Shown here piece after piece: positions 47,153-56,512 of a stretch of DNA of 64,000 bases. Each line of letters starts with the position of its first letter. Within the stretch, counting starts at the first letter, position 1. Source of the DNA: an uncultured Ignavibacteria bacterium (GTDB lineage Bacteria; Bacteroidota; Ignavibacteria; Kapaibacteriales; Kapaibacteriaceae); contig CALMZQ010000183.1 of the NCBI GenBank assembly GCA_937870915.1, positions 60,317-124,316 on the forward strand. The letters are read 5' to 3'. The notes below the pieces were generated by a model. It was not told the DNA's origin. It saw nothing but the letters and a program-made list of their open reading frames with translations, and did not search any database. The position numbers were made by a program, and so were the translations under genes.

Positions 47153-47917
47153 ATGATGAACGACAATCTTCCTCGGTGTCCGCATAATCTACGAAATGCA
47201 ATTCGGGAGCTCCAGCGAAGTTCATTTCGGGAACAGTCCCGTCAGTTTGTGGCAGAAGGCCCACATGCTTGTGGGGATCTCCTAACAGCCGGTGTTATGC
47301 CAATTGCTGTGATCCTGCGCGACGAAGCAAGGGATGAAAGCAGGGTGTTGGCGGAACAGTTTCTCGACCGAGGAGCTGAGGTCTATGCAACTGGTGGTAA
47401 GGATATGGGGCTCATGGCTGATGCCACTGCTCCACAAGATATTCTGGTGGTAGCCCCGTTCTTTGCTGAAGGACCTCTGGGCTCACGAGTAGTTGTTCTT
47501 GATGCGGTGGCTGATCCAGGGAACGTAGGCACCATCATTCGAACAGCCGCCTGGTTTGGATGCACCGACGTTGTGCTTGGTGAGGGATGTGCAGACCTCT
47601 ACAACTCAAAGGTGGTGCGTTCTACAGCGGGCGCCCTGGCGCGCATCAATGTGGTACGTAAGCAGGCCATACGAAACGTTGTTCCGCTCCTCAATCAACG
47701 ACCCATCATTGCCGCCGTTGCTCGTGGTGGTTCGCCCCCTAACATCTTGCACGAATATGAAGAATGGGCAATGCTCATTGGCTCTGAAGCACACGGCCTG
47801 CATGATGACGTACGCGGGTTTGCAACACACTCCATCACTATTCCCGGCGGACATGGGGTTGAATCGCTAAACGCAGCCGTTGCAACATCGATCCTTTTGT
47901 ATGAGGCACGTCGGTGA
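47153..47917 (+). CDS. TrmH/SpoU-family RNA 2'-O-methyltransferase
   Basis: 254 aa. …LDAVADPGNVGTIIRTAAWFG… and …IPGGHGVESLNAAVATSILLYE… SPOUT motifs. Confidence 0.8.
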   Translation: MMNDNLPRCPHNLRNAIRELQRSSFREQSRQFVAEGPHACGDLLTAGVMPIAVILRDEARDESRVLAEQFLDRGAEVYATGGKDMGLMADATAPQDILVVAPFFAEGPLGSRVVVLDAVADPGNVGTIIRTAAWFGCTDVVLGEGCADLYNSKVVRSTAGALARINVVRKQAIRNVVPLLNQRPIIAAVARGGSPPNILHEYEEWAMLIGSEAHGLHDDVRGFATHSITIPGGHGVESLNAAVATSILLYEARR

Positions 47918-49002
47918 TGAAACACTTGTTCACTCCCGGCCCGGTTCCGGTGCCATCATCGGTAGTTGAGGCATGTGCTAAACCAGTTCTGTATCATCGC
48001 AGCACTGAATTCCGCGAACTCTCTCAAAGGGTTTGGAAGGGGCTTCAAGAGGTTTTTGTCACCACGAACCCTGTACTTGTCCTTGCAGGTAGTGGAATGA
48101 CGGGTATCGAGGCCTGCATAGCATCTACAGTGAGCCCCGGAGACCGAGTGCTTGTTCTCCATCATGGCCGCTTTGGCGAACGCCTCGTAACGATCAATCA
48201 ACGATATGGCGCTCACGTAATTGAACTTGGCGTAGCATGGGGAGAAGAGATCACGGCCGACATGGTAGAAGAGCGACTGTCGGGCATTGGCAACATCACA
48301 ACTGTTTGGCTTGTCCACAGTGAAACTTCCACGGGTGTTACCCTACCCCTTTCCGAGATCACGTCGGCGATCCAACGGATGGCTCCCGACGCCCTGATCA
48401 TGGTCGATGCCGTACTTACAGTCGCGATAGAGCCGGTACTTACAGAAGAGTGGAAGCTCGATGCTGTTGTATCAGGGGTTCAAAAGGGGCTCATGTGTCC
48501 GCCTGGGTTAGCTGCCGTTGCCGTAAGCAAACGCATGATAGATCGAATCCGCTCAGTTCCCGCACGATCATATACGCTGGATTTGGCAACGGTTCTCAAA
48601 GATTACGAACGTGGACTCTTTACGTGGACACCTCCGGTTTCTCTTATTGCGGGACTAGATGTTGCACTAGGAATGATCTTACATAGAGGTCTTCCTGCAA
48701 CATGGGCGGATCATCAAGAACGAGCTTCCCACGTACGGATGCTTGCACGTTCTCGGCGGTTTACCGAGTTCGGTGTTGGTACGTCGTGTGGCGTTGTTGT
48801 ACTTCAACGCAATAACATTCAGTCAGTGATCGACCACTTGGCAAACGAACACAACATGATCGTTTCCGGCGGTCAGGACCAACTCAAGGGGCAGATCATG
48901 CGCATTGGGATTTGTGGCTCATACACCACTGAGATGATGAATACCCTCTTTCACGCCATCGACGCCATTCTTTCCACTGAGAACCCCATAGCCCCCTTAT
49001 GA
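47914..49002 (+). CDS. Class V (PLP-dependent) aminotransferase, serine-pyruvate/SGAT-like
   Basis: 362 aa. …SGVQKGLMCPPGLA… (PLP-Lys region). 4-bp overlap with the upstream gene. Confidence 0.75.
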   Translation: MMKHLFTPGPVPVPSSVVEACAKPVLYHRSTEFRELSQRVWKGLQEVFVTTNPVLVLAGSGMTGIEACIASTVSPGDRVLVLHHGRFGERLVTINQRYGAHVIELGVAWGEEITADMVEERLSGIGNITTVWLVHSETSTGVTLPLSEITSAIQRMAPDALIMVDAVLTVAIEPVLTEEWKLDAVVSGVQKGLMCPPGLAAVAVSKRMIDRIRSVPARSYTLDLATVLKDYERGLFTWTPPVSLIAGLDVALGMILHRGLPATWADHQERASHVRMLARSRRFTEFGVGTSCGVVVLQRNNIQSVIDHLANEHNMIVSGGQDQLKGQIMRIGICGSYTTEMMNTLFHAIDAILSTENPIAPL

Positions 49003-50246
49003 AGACTGTACTCATCGCAACCGGTAATTCGCATAAGGTAGAGGAACTTTCGTTGGCCTTTGAGCAAGAGGGTCTGGCAATACATCTCGTACCAATGACA
49101 CAATATGTTGGTAACATCGAGATCGAAGAAACCGGTGTGACATTTGAAGAGAATGCATTCATCAAGGCGTTGACAATTCACAGACTTACCGGACTTCCCG
49201 TGATAGCCGACGATAGTGGGCTGGAGATCGACGTATTGGACGGTGCTCCTGGCGTATTGTCGGCACGATATTCCGGCGAGGGTGCTACAGATGCTTCAAA
49301 TCGGGATGCTGTTCGTTTGGCCTTATCTGCAAAGGGAGTAAACAAATCAACGGCTCGGTTTCGGTGCGTACTGTGTTACATGGATGACAGGCGCACGTAC
49401 TTTGGAGTTGGGGCTAGCGAAGGCATCATAGCGATGGAAGAGCGCGGTGGAAACGGATTTGGGTACGATCCAATGTTCACACCCGAGAATTCCACAAGAA
49501 CCTATGCCGAACACAGTCAGGCCGAGAAGCTTGCAATCAGCCATCGTGGTTCTGCTGTGAAGAACCTAGCCCTCCACCTCGTTGCCCTTGAAGACGATAG
49601 CGGTCATTCTTCGATAGATGATCCACTACCTACAACGGACGCACTGATCATGGCATCGGTAAGCGCCGTTGTTGGGAATTTCGGACAACTTCGATCTACG
49701 ATTCGGCACTTCGTCCGCGATATGCAAGACGCCGTACTACTACACGAAGCCCTGCTTCAATCCTACCTTTTTGCAGGATTCCCTGTTGCACTCGAGGCCT
49801 TAGCTGTGGCCGACGAGGAATGCCGACTACTTCTCGGAGATCTCTCGTGGAAGAGTGCTGAAAACTTTGACGTACAGGCTTTTGCTGAGCGTGGGGAGCT
49901 ACTCTGCCAACGAGTATATGGCAGCGTCTATGAACGTATGATGGACCGACTCAAGGCCATCACATCCGAGCTGAGTTCGTGGATGATCATTGAGGGGTAT
50001 GGCAAGACGCTAAGTAGGCCGGAGCTAGATATCGTGAGACGAGAACTCTGCATTGTGGGGATTCTTGCCGCTCTCGAACGGGAGAACCAACTTCGCTCCC
50101 ATGTTCGTGGTGCCTTCCTGGTAGGTGCCGCTGAAGCCGACCTTCGATCCTGTGCTGACGTGGTGACAGAGATCTGCGGTAAGCGTCAAGGCGAAAGCAT
50201 CCTACGGCTTATCCTTCTTCAAGAAGCTACTCCACTTGATCGTTGA
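48999..50246 (+). CDS. rdgB: Non-canonical purine NTP pyrophosphatase (RdgB/Ham1) fused to a ~215-aa C-terminal helical domain (CMD/AhpD-like, tentative)
   Basis: Residues 1-195 carry Ham1 motifs (TGNSHKVEE, DDSGLEIDVLDGAPGVLSARY, GFGYDPMFTP, ISHRGSAV). Residues ~200-415 are an extra domain not found in standard RdgB. Confidence 0.8.
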   Translation: MKTVLIATGNSHKVEELSLAFEQEGLAIHLVPMTQYVGNIEIEETGVTFEENAFIKALTIHRLTGLPVIADDSGLEIDVLDGAPGVLSARYSGEGATDASNRDAVRLALSAKGVNKSTARFRCVLCYMDDRRTYFGVGASEGIIAMEERGGNGFGYDPMFTPENSTRTYAEHSQAEKLAISHRGSAVKNLALHLVALEDDSGHSSIDDPLPTTDALIMASVSAVVGNFGQLRSTIRHFVRDMQDAVLLHEALLQSYLFAGFPVALEALAVADEECRLLLGDLSWKSAENFDVQAFAERGELLCQRVYGSVYERMMDRLKAITSELSSWMIIEGYGKTLSRPELDIVRRELCIVGILAALERENQLRSHVRGAFLVGAAEADLRSCADVVTEICGKRQGESILRLILLQEATPLDR

Positions 50247-51083
50247 TGCTGAGCCCCATGTTCCAAGACCTCCCTTAACGCTACTGAGCCGATAGTCGTA
50301 TTGACTTCGACGTCCAAACCCAACCATTCGGAACCAATCGGCAAATGCTTTATCAGGAGCGAGGATCTGAATCTCTTGCTTACCGAACCACTTGAAGATC
50401 GACCACACCACGGGTGTGCTTGGTTGCAGTGCAAAGCCGTACCGTGTCCGCTCGCTGGTAATCAACGTGCCATCGTCAAATCTGTCCTCGGTACGCACGC
50501 GGCGGTTCGTATCACTCGTTGGTGGTGTGAGGTACACACCATAGCCTAGAGTATCAACCGCCTCCATCGAGATGATGTATTGCGTCACGCCGGGAACTGC
50601 CGTCCAATAGATGTCCAGTGCCGGGTCTCGAATAAGCTCGTTATTGATGCCTGGATACTGAAACGTATCGGCTGGTGTACGGACCCAGCTGAAAAGTGGT
50701 GGAGTCTTTGTAGATCCGGTAATGACCTTGCCTCGGGCTCGCATTTCAACAGTATAGGTCACTCCCGGTAATGCACGATACGCAGTATCAATGGCGCGAT
50801 ATGTTCCGCCAAGTGAATCGTCGACAAACTCGATAGGCAACTCTGTTCCATCTGCCTTCACGGTGAAGACCGCATCTTTCACGGAGGCATTTTCGATCTT
50901 GAAGGTATCAGTGATCGGCAGTGATCGGAACACGCGGATGTTGTTAAGGGGCTCTCCAACGATAACGAAGCCCTCCAACACAACCTCTTCTGTGTAATCG
51001 GTTGGAACCGGGTCCTCACAACCAACGAGCCCAAATGAGGCTGCGGTCAGGATAGCGAGTGTGATTGATCTGAGCGTTGTCAT
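50202..51083 (-). CDS. DUF4249-like lipoprotein, the usual partner of a Bacteroidota TonB-dependent receptor
   Basis: Signal peptide plus lipobox MTTLRSITLAILTAASFGLVGC. Start overlaps the TBDR stop. 3' end overlaps rdgB by 45 bp (convergent). Confidence 0.6.
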   Translation of the reverse strand: MTTLRSITLAILTAASFGLVGCEDPVPTDYTEEVVLEGFVIVGEPLNNIRVFRSLPITDTFKIENASVKDAVFTVKADGTELPIEFVDDSLGGTYRAIDTAYRALPGVTYTVEMRARGKVITGSTKTPPLFSWVRTPADTFQYPGINNELIRDPALDIYWTAVPGVTQYIISMEAVDTLGYGVYLTPPTSDTNRRVRTEDRFDDGTLITSERTRYGFALQPSTPVVWSIFKWFGKQEIQILAPDKAFADWFRMVGFGRRSQYDYRLSSVKGGLGTWGSASTIKWSSFLKKDKP

Positions 51084-53365
51084 CAGAATTTCAGTTCGAA
51101 TGAGATCGTTGGAAGGATCGGCAACAACCGTACGTCGGTAACCGTTGGAATGGCTTCCGTTGTGTCATAGAACCGGAACCAGATATCTCTGCGTGAGTAC
51201 ACGTTAAACACGTCCAAGAAGATCCGGAACGGCAGATCGAACAACGTTGTATTGTAATTCACGTTCAGGTTGAGTTGGTGTGAACTTGGTAGTCGAAGTC
51301 CCCATCGTTGAGATGGATTCACCATCACGATGCCGCCATCCCATCCGGGCATGCGACCGCCAAGGGATGACGTGGCACCTGTATACGATTGCCCTGATTG
51401 AAACATGAACGATGCGCCAAATTCCCAACGTTCGTTGAGTCGGAACAGTCCGGTGATCTTGAGATCGTGCCTACGATCGAACTTCGGACGGAAGGTCACA
51501 CCTTGATTGATACTGTCGAACTGTGAGTACACAAATCCCAGGGCATACCCGATCCAACCGGTGAACTGACCCATCTTCTTCTGGAGGAAAAATTCTGCCC
51601 CGTAGGTCTCGCCATTACCGATGTAGAACACGTCAGAGACTTTTCGCGCCTGTGTATTGTTCTGGCGAAGCTCGTTGATATTGAAGAGTTTCTTGTAGTA
51701 GACATCAACGTTGAAGTCAAACCCCTCAAATGGTTGTGTTTCAACGGCCACGATGTAGTGGTCGGCACGTCCGGCTGGCACGGTGTTATCCGTTGGAAGC
51801 CACGTATCAAAGAACGTGAAATCAGGCGCTGAGGCGAGACGCAAATATTGGTGGTATATCCCCCATGCGGCCTTGAGCGCAACTCCATCGGCAAGCTGGA
51901 ATCGCAATGCAAGTCGCGGATCGAACAAGAACTGATCGCTTTTCGACCAATAGTTTGCACGAAGTCCACTCTGCAACGACCAAGCATCAGTGATGTTCCA
52001 TGTGTTTTGGGCGAACACAGAATGAATGTTATCCCATACATCAAGCAAGAACACCGACGATTGATTATTCGTTGATCCATCGGTTCTACCCGACGTGTTC
52101 TGCTCATAGGTGAAATTGTAGATCGTGCCTTCGTATCCAAACTTGAAGGTCAGGTTCTCCGCAGTAAACCACTCAAACTCTGTCTTCAAGGAATAGTCGG
52201 TAATACTGTTATCGATGGCAAACTGGAATCCAGCTTGATTGCCGTCGAATCCATTGTCATACCTGCTAGCGCTTACTGTTGCTACGGAGAAGAGATCCGA
52301 AGCATAAATATGCGACCAGCGAAGTGACGTGGCTCTATTACCGATACCTACGTTGAAGAGTAATCCGGGCTGTTCAAAATTGAGCTTGTCGCGCGTGAGA
52401 AATCCACTAATGGACAGCTTATCATCATCAGATAGATTCTGTGTGAGCTTCGCATTTACATCGTAGAAATTGAAGTTCGGGAAGGGGCTTTCCGGGTCCT
52501 CTGGTAGAAGGCCCAGAAGTAGGTCGAGATACGTTGCCCTACCGCCAAGAAACCAAGAGCCATTTCCGAGTGGACCTTGAAGGGATGCCCTTGATGAGAT
52601 GAGTCCGATACCAACAAGACCCTCAACATGGTCTCTGTTTCCATCTTTCTGTGTGATGTTCAACACAGCAGACATTCGTCCGCCATACTCGGCGGGAAAC
52701 CCACCCTTGATCAGATCCACGTCCTTCACGGCATCGTTGTTGAATGCCGAGATAAAACCGAAGAGGTGTGTTGGATTGTATACCGTCATACCATCAAGAA
52801 GGACGAGGTTTTGGTCCGGCGAGCCCCCTCGAATATAGAGACCGGAAGAAATCTGCGACGACGAGAGAACACCCGGCAACATCTGCAATGCTCTAAATAT
52901 GTCTGCTTCACCACCGATGCGTATCTGCGACAACTGCTCCATCGGGATGTTGACCTGCGAGATGGAGATCTGACGTTTGTCTTCGGTGCGTTCTGCTGAA
53001 ACCAAAACTTCCTTGGTCGTGGCCTTTGATTGTATCATTTGCACACGGAGCTTCACTGAGCTACCGGCTTCGATTCTGACCTTGACTTCCTTACGGATGT
53101 AGCCAACGGATGTCACAACAACCGTCTGTTCACCCGGAGGAATATTGGAAACGGAGAAGTATCCGCTCTTATTGGTATAGGCACCGAGCTTCGTGCCTTT
53201 AATGGTAACGGTTGCACCAACAAGTGTTTCTTTGGAGGTGGTATCCTCAATGAAGCCGTTAATCGCCCCCTTATCGGGGTCCGGTTCGATTGCAGCAAGA
53301 GAAATGCCCACCGCAGTGGTGAGCATTACAAGGAGGATCGATGTATGGCGGAGAAGCTGTTGCAT
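51083..53365 (-). CDS. TonB-dependent outer-membrane receptor with an N-terminal carboxypeptidase-regulatory-like domain
   Basis: 760 aa. Signal peptide. …GATVTIKGTKLGAYTNKSGYFSVSNIPPGEQTVVVTSVGY… (CarbopepD_reg-like). Plug region then barrel with a C-terminal aromatic end …ISFELKF. Confidence 0.85.
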   Translation of the reverse strand: MQQLLRHTSILLVMLTTAVGISLAAIEPDPDKGAINGFIEDTTSKETLVGATVTIKGTKLGAYTNKSGYFSVSNIPPGEQTVVVTSVGYIRKEVKVRIEAGSSVKLRVQMIQSKATTKEVLVSAERTEDKRQISISQVNIPMEQLSQIRIGGEADIFRALQMLPGVLSSSQISSGLYIRGGSPDQNLVLLDGMTVYNPTHLFGFISAFNNDAVKDVDLIKGGFPAEYGGRMSAVLNITQKDGNRDHVEGLVGIGLISSRASLQGPLGNGSWFLGGRATYLDLLLGLLPEDPESPFPNFNFYDVNAKLTQNLSDDDKLSISGFLTRDKLNFEQPGLLFNVGIGNRATSLRWSHIYASDLFSVATVSASRYDNGFDGNQAGFQFAIDNSITDYSLKTEFEWFTAENLTFKFGYEGTIYNFTYEQNTSGRTDGSTNNQSSVFLLDVWDNIHSVFAQNTWNITDAWSLQSGLRANYWSKSDQFLFDPRLALRFQLADGVALKAAWGIYHQYLRLASAPDFTFFDTWLPTDNTVPAGRADHYIVAVETQPFEGFDFNVDVYYKKLFNINELRQNNTQARKVSDVFYIGNGETYGAEFFLQKKMGQFTGWIGYALGFVYSQFDSINQGVTFRPKFDRRHDLKITGLFRLNERWEFGASFMFQSGQSYTGATSSLGGRMPGWDGGIVMVNPSQRWGLRLPSSHQLNLNVNYNTTLFDLPFRIFLDVFNVYSRRDIWFRFYDTTEAIPTVTDVRLLPILPTISFELKF

Positions 53366-53494
53366 AGGTATTGGGAGACGCCGTAAACGAACTCAAACCG
53401 TGTTTGTTGCATATGACAAGGATTGTTGTGTGACAGATGCCTAATTTTGGAGCTATCCTACAACGTACCACAGCACCAAGAGCACTAGAACACC

Positions 53495-53842
53495 ATGGCC
53501 ATCTACATCACGAGTGATTGCATCAACTGTGGCGCCTGCGAACCGGAATGTCCCAATACGGCTATCTATGAAGCCGGTGCAGAATGGGACCTCGCCGGAA
53601 CGAAGTTTCACGACAGTACATCGCCGGCCGGATTCAAGGGTGAATTCTTTTCCTCGGAGTTTTACTTCATCGTTCCGGACAAGTGCACAGAATGCAAAGG
53701 GTTCCATGATGAACCACAGTGTGCTGCCGTATGTCCTGTTGATTGTTGCCTTCCGGATCCGCATAATGTTGAAGACGAGGCAGCACTTCTACAGAAGAAG
53801 GACTACCTCGATAGTATCGATCAGATTCGTCTTCGCAGCTGA
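53495..53842 (+). CDS. 2x[4Fe-4S] ferredoxin
   Basis: 115 aa. [12 protein letters not shown] and CTECKG…CAAVCP cysteine clusters. Confidence 0.8.
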   Translation: MAIYITSDCINCGACEPECPNTAIYEAGAEWDLAGTKFHDSTSPAGFKGEFFSSEFYFIVPDKCTECKGFHDEPQCAAVCPVDCCLPDPHNVEDEAALLQKKDYLDSIDQIRLRS

Positions 53843-53845
53843 GCC

Positions 53846-55315
53846 ATGTTCGCCGAACTTCACGTTGAACGTGGACGAATTCGCGCCATACTGCCATGCG
53901 TAACCGGAACGATCATACGAACGGAAACCGATACGTTCGAGTTCCCGGGATGTAGTGTCTATCCGGGATTTGTGGACAATCATGCCCACATCCTTGGACT
54001 CGGTGAGAAACTATCGTTTGTCTCCCTACACGATGCAGAGACAGAATCGGACTGTATTCATCGTTTGACCATGGGTTCTACCAACACTCATGGTTGGCTC
54101 AGAGCTATGGGATGGAATCAAGAGCAATGGAATTCTCGCTCATGGCCTACTCGAGGTGCTCTCGACGATGTATTTCCTGATACGCCGGTTGTTGCAATGC
54201 GCGTGGATGGACACGCAGCATGGGTCAATTCAACAGCCCTCACACTCGCGGGTATCGATGCGGCAGACCATTCCGGCGTTCTCGTGGATGCGGAGATGGA
54301 GCCCCTTCTCAACGTTATACCGCCACATTCGGCTGATGACATCAGAGCGATGATCCTTGCCGCCACAACGTATTGTTCGTCGATGGGTATTACAGAGATC
54401 CATGACATGGACGTGGCAGAAGTATGCCTTGAACCATTTCGACTTCTTGCCGAGCAAGGTACACTTCCGGTTCGGGTGCAATCGTTTGTAGGCGCACAAC
54501 ACGATGAATGGCAGGAAATTGGTCTTCTACCAGCAGGGGGCGAGTTTCACCGTCTCACTGGCGTGAAGTTCTATGCTGACGGTGCGTTAGGTTCACGAGG
54601 AGCGGCATTACGTGCACCGTATGCAGACAGCCCCGCATCGAAAGGTTTTGAATTGCTGTCGATTGAACAGATGGTACGTAAGGCACGTGCAGCAGTAGAC
54701 GCAGGCTGGCCCGCAATTGCTATTCATGCCATTGGTGATGCCGCAGTTCGCAATGTGCTCGATGTCTACGAGACTGTTCGCGCTTGGGATGATGGTAACG
54801 ACGTGATACTTCGTATTGAACATGCGCAGCATGTTCACCCAGAAGATGTTCAGCGGATGGCAGATCTTCGTGTGTTTGCTTGTGTTCAACCGTCGCATTG
54901 TATCAGTGACGCAACTATGGCTGAACGTAGGCTTGGACCGGATCGCCTAACGTGGGCTTACCGGTGGCGAAGTCTGCTCGACGCCGGAATACAAATGGGT
55001 GCCGGTTCTGACTTCCCTATCGAGTCGCCGAGCGTGCTTGCAGGACTCAAGGCCTTTGTATCCCGTACTCCAGGTGGAATGAGTGATCCTTGGCAAGGCC
55101 AAGAACGCATCAGCATGATTGAAGCCCTTAGAGCCTATACGAGCGGTGCACACGCAACATCTGGTATGGAGTATCGAAGGGGAACACTCAGCATTGGATA
55201 CGATGCAGATATGGTGGTGGTAGACAGGGACGTGGAGAGTTGTGATTTGGATGAGCTTGTAGACACACGTGTGATGGCTACCTTCACTGCCGGCAAACTC
55301 AGGTATTCCCTATGA
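53846..55315 (+). CDS. Amidohydrolase-family metal-dependent hydrolase (Amidohydro_3-like)
   Basis: 489 aa. …PGFVDNHAHILGLGEK… metal-binding HxH. 3-bp gap after the ferredoxin. 4-bp overlap with the next gene. Confidence 0.8.
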   Translation: MFAELHVERGRIRAILPCVTGTIIRTETDTFEFPGCSVYPGFVDNHAHILGLGEKLSFVSLHDAETESDCIHRLTMGSTNTHGWLRAMGWNQEQWNSRSWPTRGALDDVFPDTPVVAMRVDGHAAWVNSTALTLAGIDAADHSGVLVDAEMEPLLNVIPPHSADDIRAMILAATTYCSSMGITEIHDMDVAEVCLEPFRLLAEQGTLPVRVQSFVGAQHDEWQEIGLLPAGGEFHRLTGVKFYADGALGSRGAALRAPYADSPASKGFELLSIEQMVRKARAAVDAGWPAIAIHAIGDAAVRNVLDVYETVRAWDDGNDVILRIEHAQHVHPEDVQRMADLRVFACVQPSHCISDATMAERRLGPDRLTWAYRWRSLLDAGIQMGAGSDFPIESPSVLAGLKAFVSRTPGGMSDPWQGQERISMIEALRAYTSGAHATSGMEYRRGTLSIGYDADMVVVDRDVESCDLDELVDTRVMATFTAGKLRYSL

Positions 55316-56499
55316 GACCAGATCTTCAACGTGCTTTCATTGGCCGCGTAACCGATGCTTCCTATGAACTGTTCAAGACGGAACTCCAAGCTAGTCTCGG
55401 TATGGAGATCGCCTTTCGGATATGCGAGATGCCGATCTTCGTTTCGCACGACTTCCGGCGCGACCTTGAAACCGCTGCCGTTGAGATCATTCAGCAGTGT
55501 ATACGACCAACCTATTTAGCAAAAACCGATCGCACTCTTACTCCGGAAACTACCGTCCGGAATGAAAATGATCGTCCACTCTTCTCCGTGGTCGACTTTG
55601 CTGTCTGTCAGACCGAGCATGGAGATTGGGTCCCGAAGCTCATTGAGCTGCAAGGTTTCCCGTCACTCTTCGGATACCAATACCTGTATGCTTCGCGAAT
55701 GCGAGAGGCATATGAAATGTGGGAAGCCACACCATTCTTCAGTGAACTCGACCACGATAGGTATATAAACCTGCTTCGCGAATCCATTTATGGTGCACAT
55801 TCACCGGAAGAAGTGGCATTAGTAGAGGTCGATCCTGAAGCTCAAAAGACACGACCGGATTTCATCGCCATGGAACAGCTCATAGGCCTTCGGACGGTGA
55901 ATATTCGTCACATAGTGAAGGACGGACGGAAGCTCTTTGTCCGTTCTGAGGATGGATCGCTCAGCCCCCTCAAAAGAATCTTTAATCGGGCTATCGTTGA
56001 TGAACTGAACGATCTGGGAGTAGAGCTTAACTTTTCGTGGAACGACGATCTTGATGTGGAGTGGGCTGGACACCCCAATTGGTACTTCCGAATCAGCAAG
56101 TATTCACTTCCCTATCTCGATCACCCGGCAGTTCCAAAGACTTCGTTTCTAAGCGATCTCGCGGAACTACCAGTTGACATGGATCGATACGTCCTCAAGC
56201 CGCTCTATTCGTTTGCAGGGAAGGGCGTCAACATCTCCCCTACCCACGACGACGTTAGCGCGATACCTGTTGATCAACGTGAGAACTGGGTTCTGCAGGA
56301 AAAAGTGACGTATGCTGAGTGTATCGAAACGCCATACGGATACAACAAGGTGGAGATCCGTGTTATGCTTCTGTGGCCTGATACGCTCGACGCTCCAATA
56401 CCCGTTATGGCACTTGGAAGAAGTGGACGTGGGTCACTCATGGGTGCACGCTACAACACCGATCCATGGACAGGAAGCACCGGTTGTCTGTTTGTGTAA
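55312..56499 (+). CDS. Conserved hypothetical protein with a C-terminal ATP-grasp-like signature (putative amide/peptide ligase)
   Basis: 395 aa. …RYVLKPLYSFAGKGVNISP… resembles the ATP-grasp 'vlKPl.gs.G.gv' loop, then …WVLQEKVTYAE… and …VEIRVMLLWPD…. Weak recognition by eye only. Confidence 0.4.
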   Translation: MRPDLQRAFIGRVTDASYELFKTELQASLGMEIAFRICEMPIFVSHDFRRDLETAAVEIIQQCIRPTYLAKTDRTLTPETTVRNENDRPLFSVVDFAVCQTEHGDWVPKLIELQGFPSLFGYQYLYASRMREAYEMWEATPFFSELDHDRYINLLRESIYGAHSPEEVALVEVDPEAQKTRPDFIAMEQLIGLRTVNIRHIVKDGRKLFVRSEDGSLSPLKRIFNRAIVDELNDLGVELNFSWNDDLDVEWAGHPNWYFRISKYSLPYLDHPAVPKTSFLSDLAELPVDMDRYVLKPLYSFAGKGVNISPTHDDVSAIPVDQRENWVLQEKVTYAECIETPYGYNKVEIRVMLLWPDTLDAPIPVMALGRSGRGSLMGARYNTDPWTGSTGCLFV

Positions 56500-56512
56500 G
56501 GCACTACCGTCA

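Noticed and set aside
47145-47264. Longer start of thymidine phosphorylase (MGLLPQTDGTVPEMNFAG…)
   Set aside because: It would overlap the divergent trmH-like gene by more than 100 bp. The internal MKSTKELL start gives a normal-length protein and a short divergent promoter gap.
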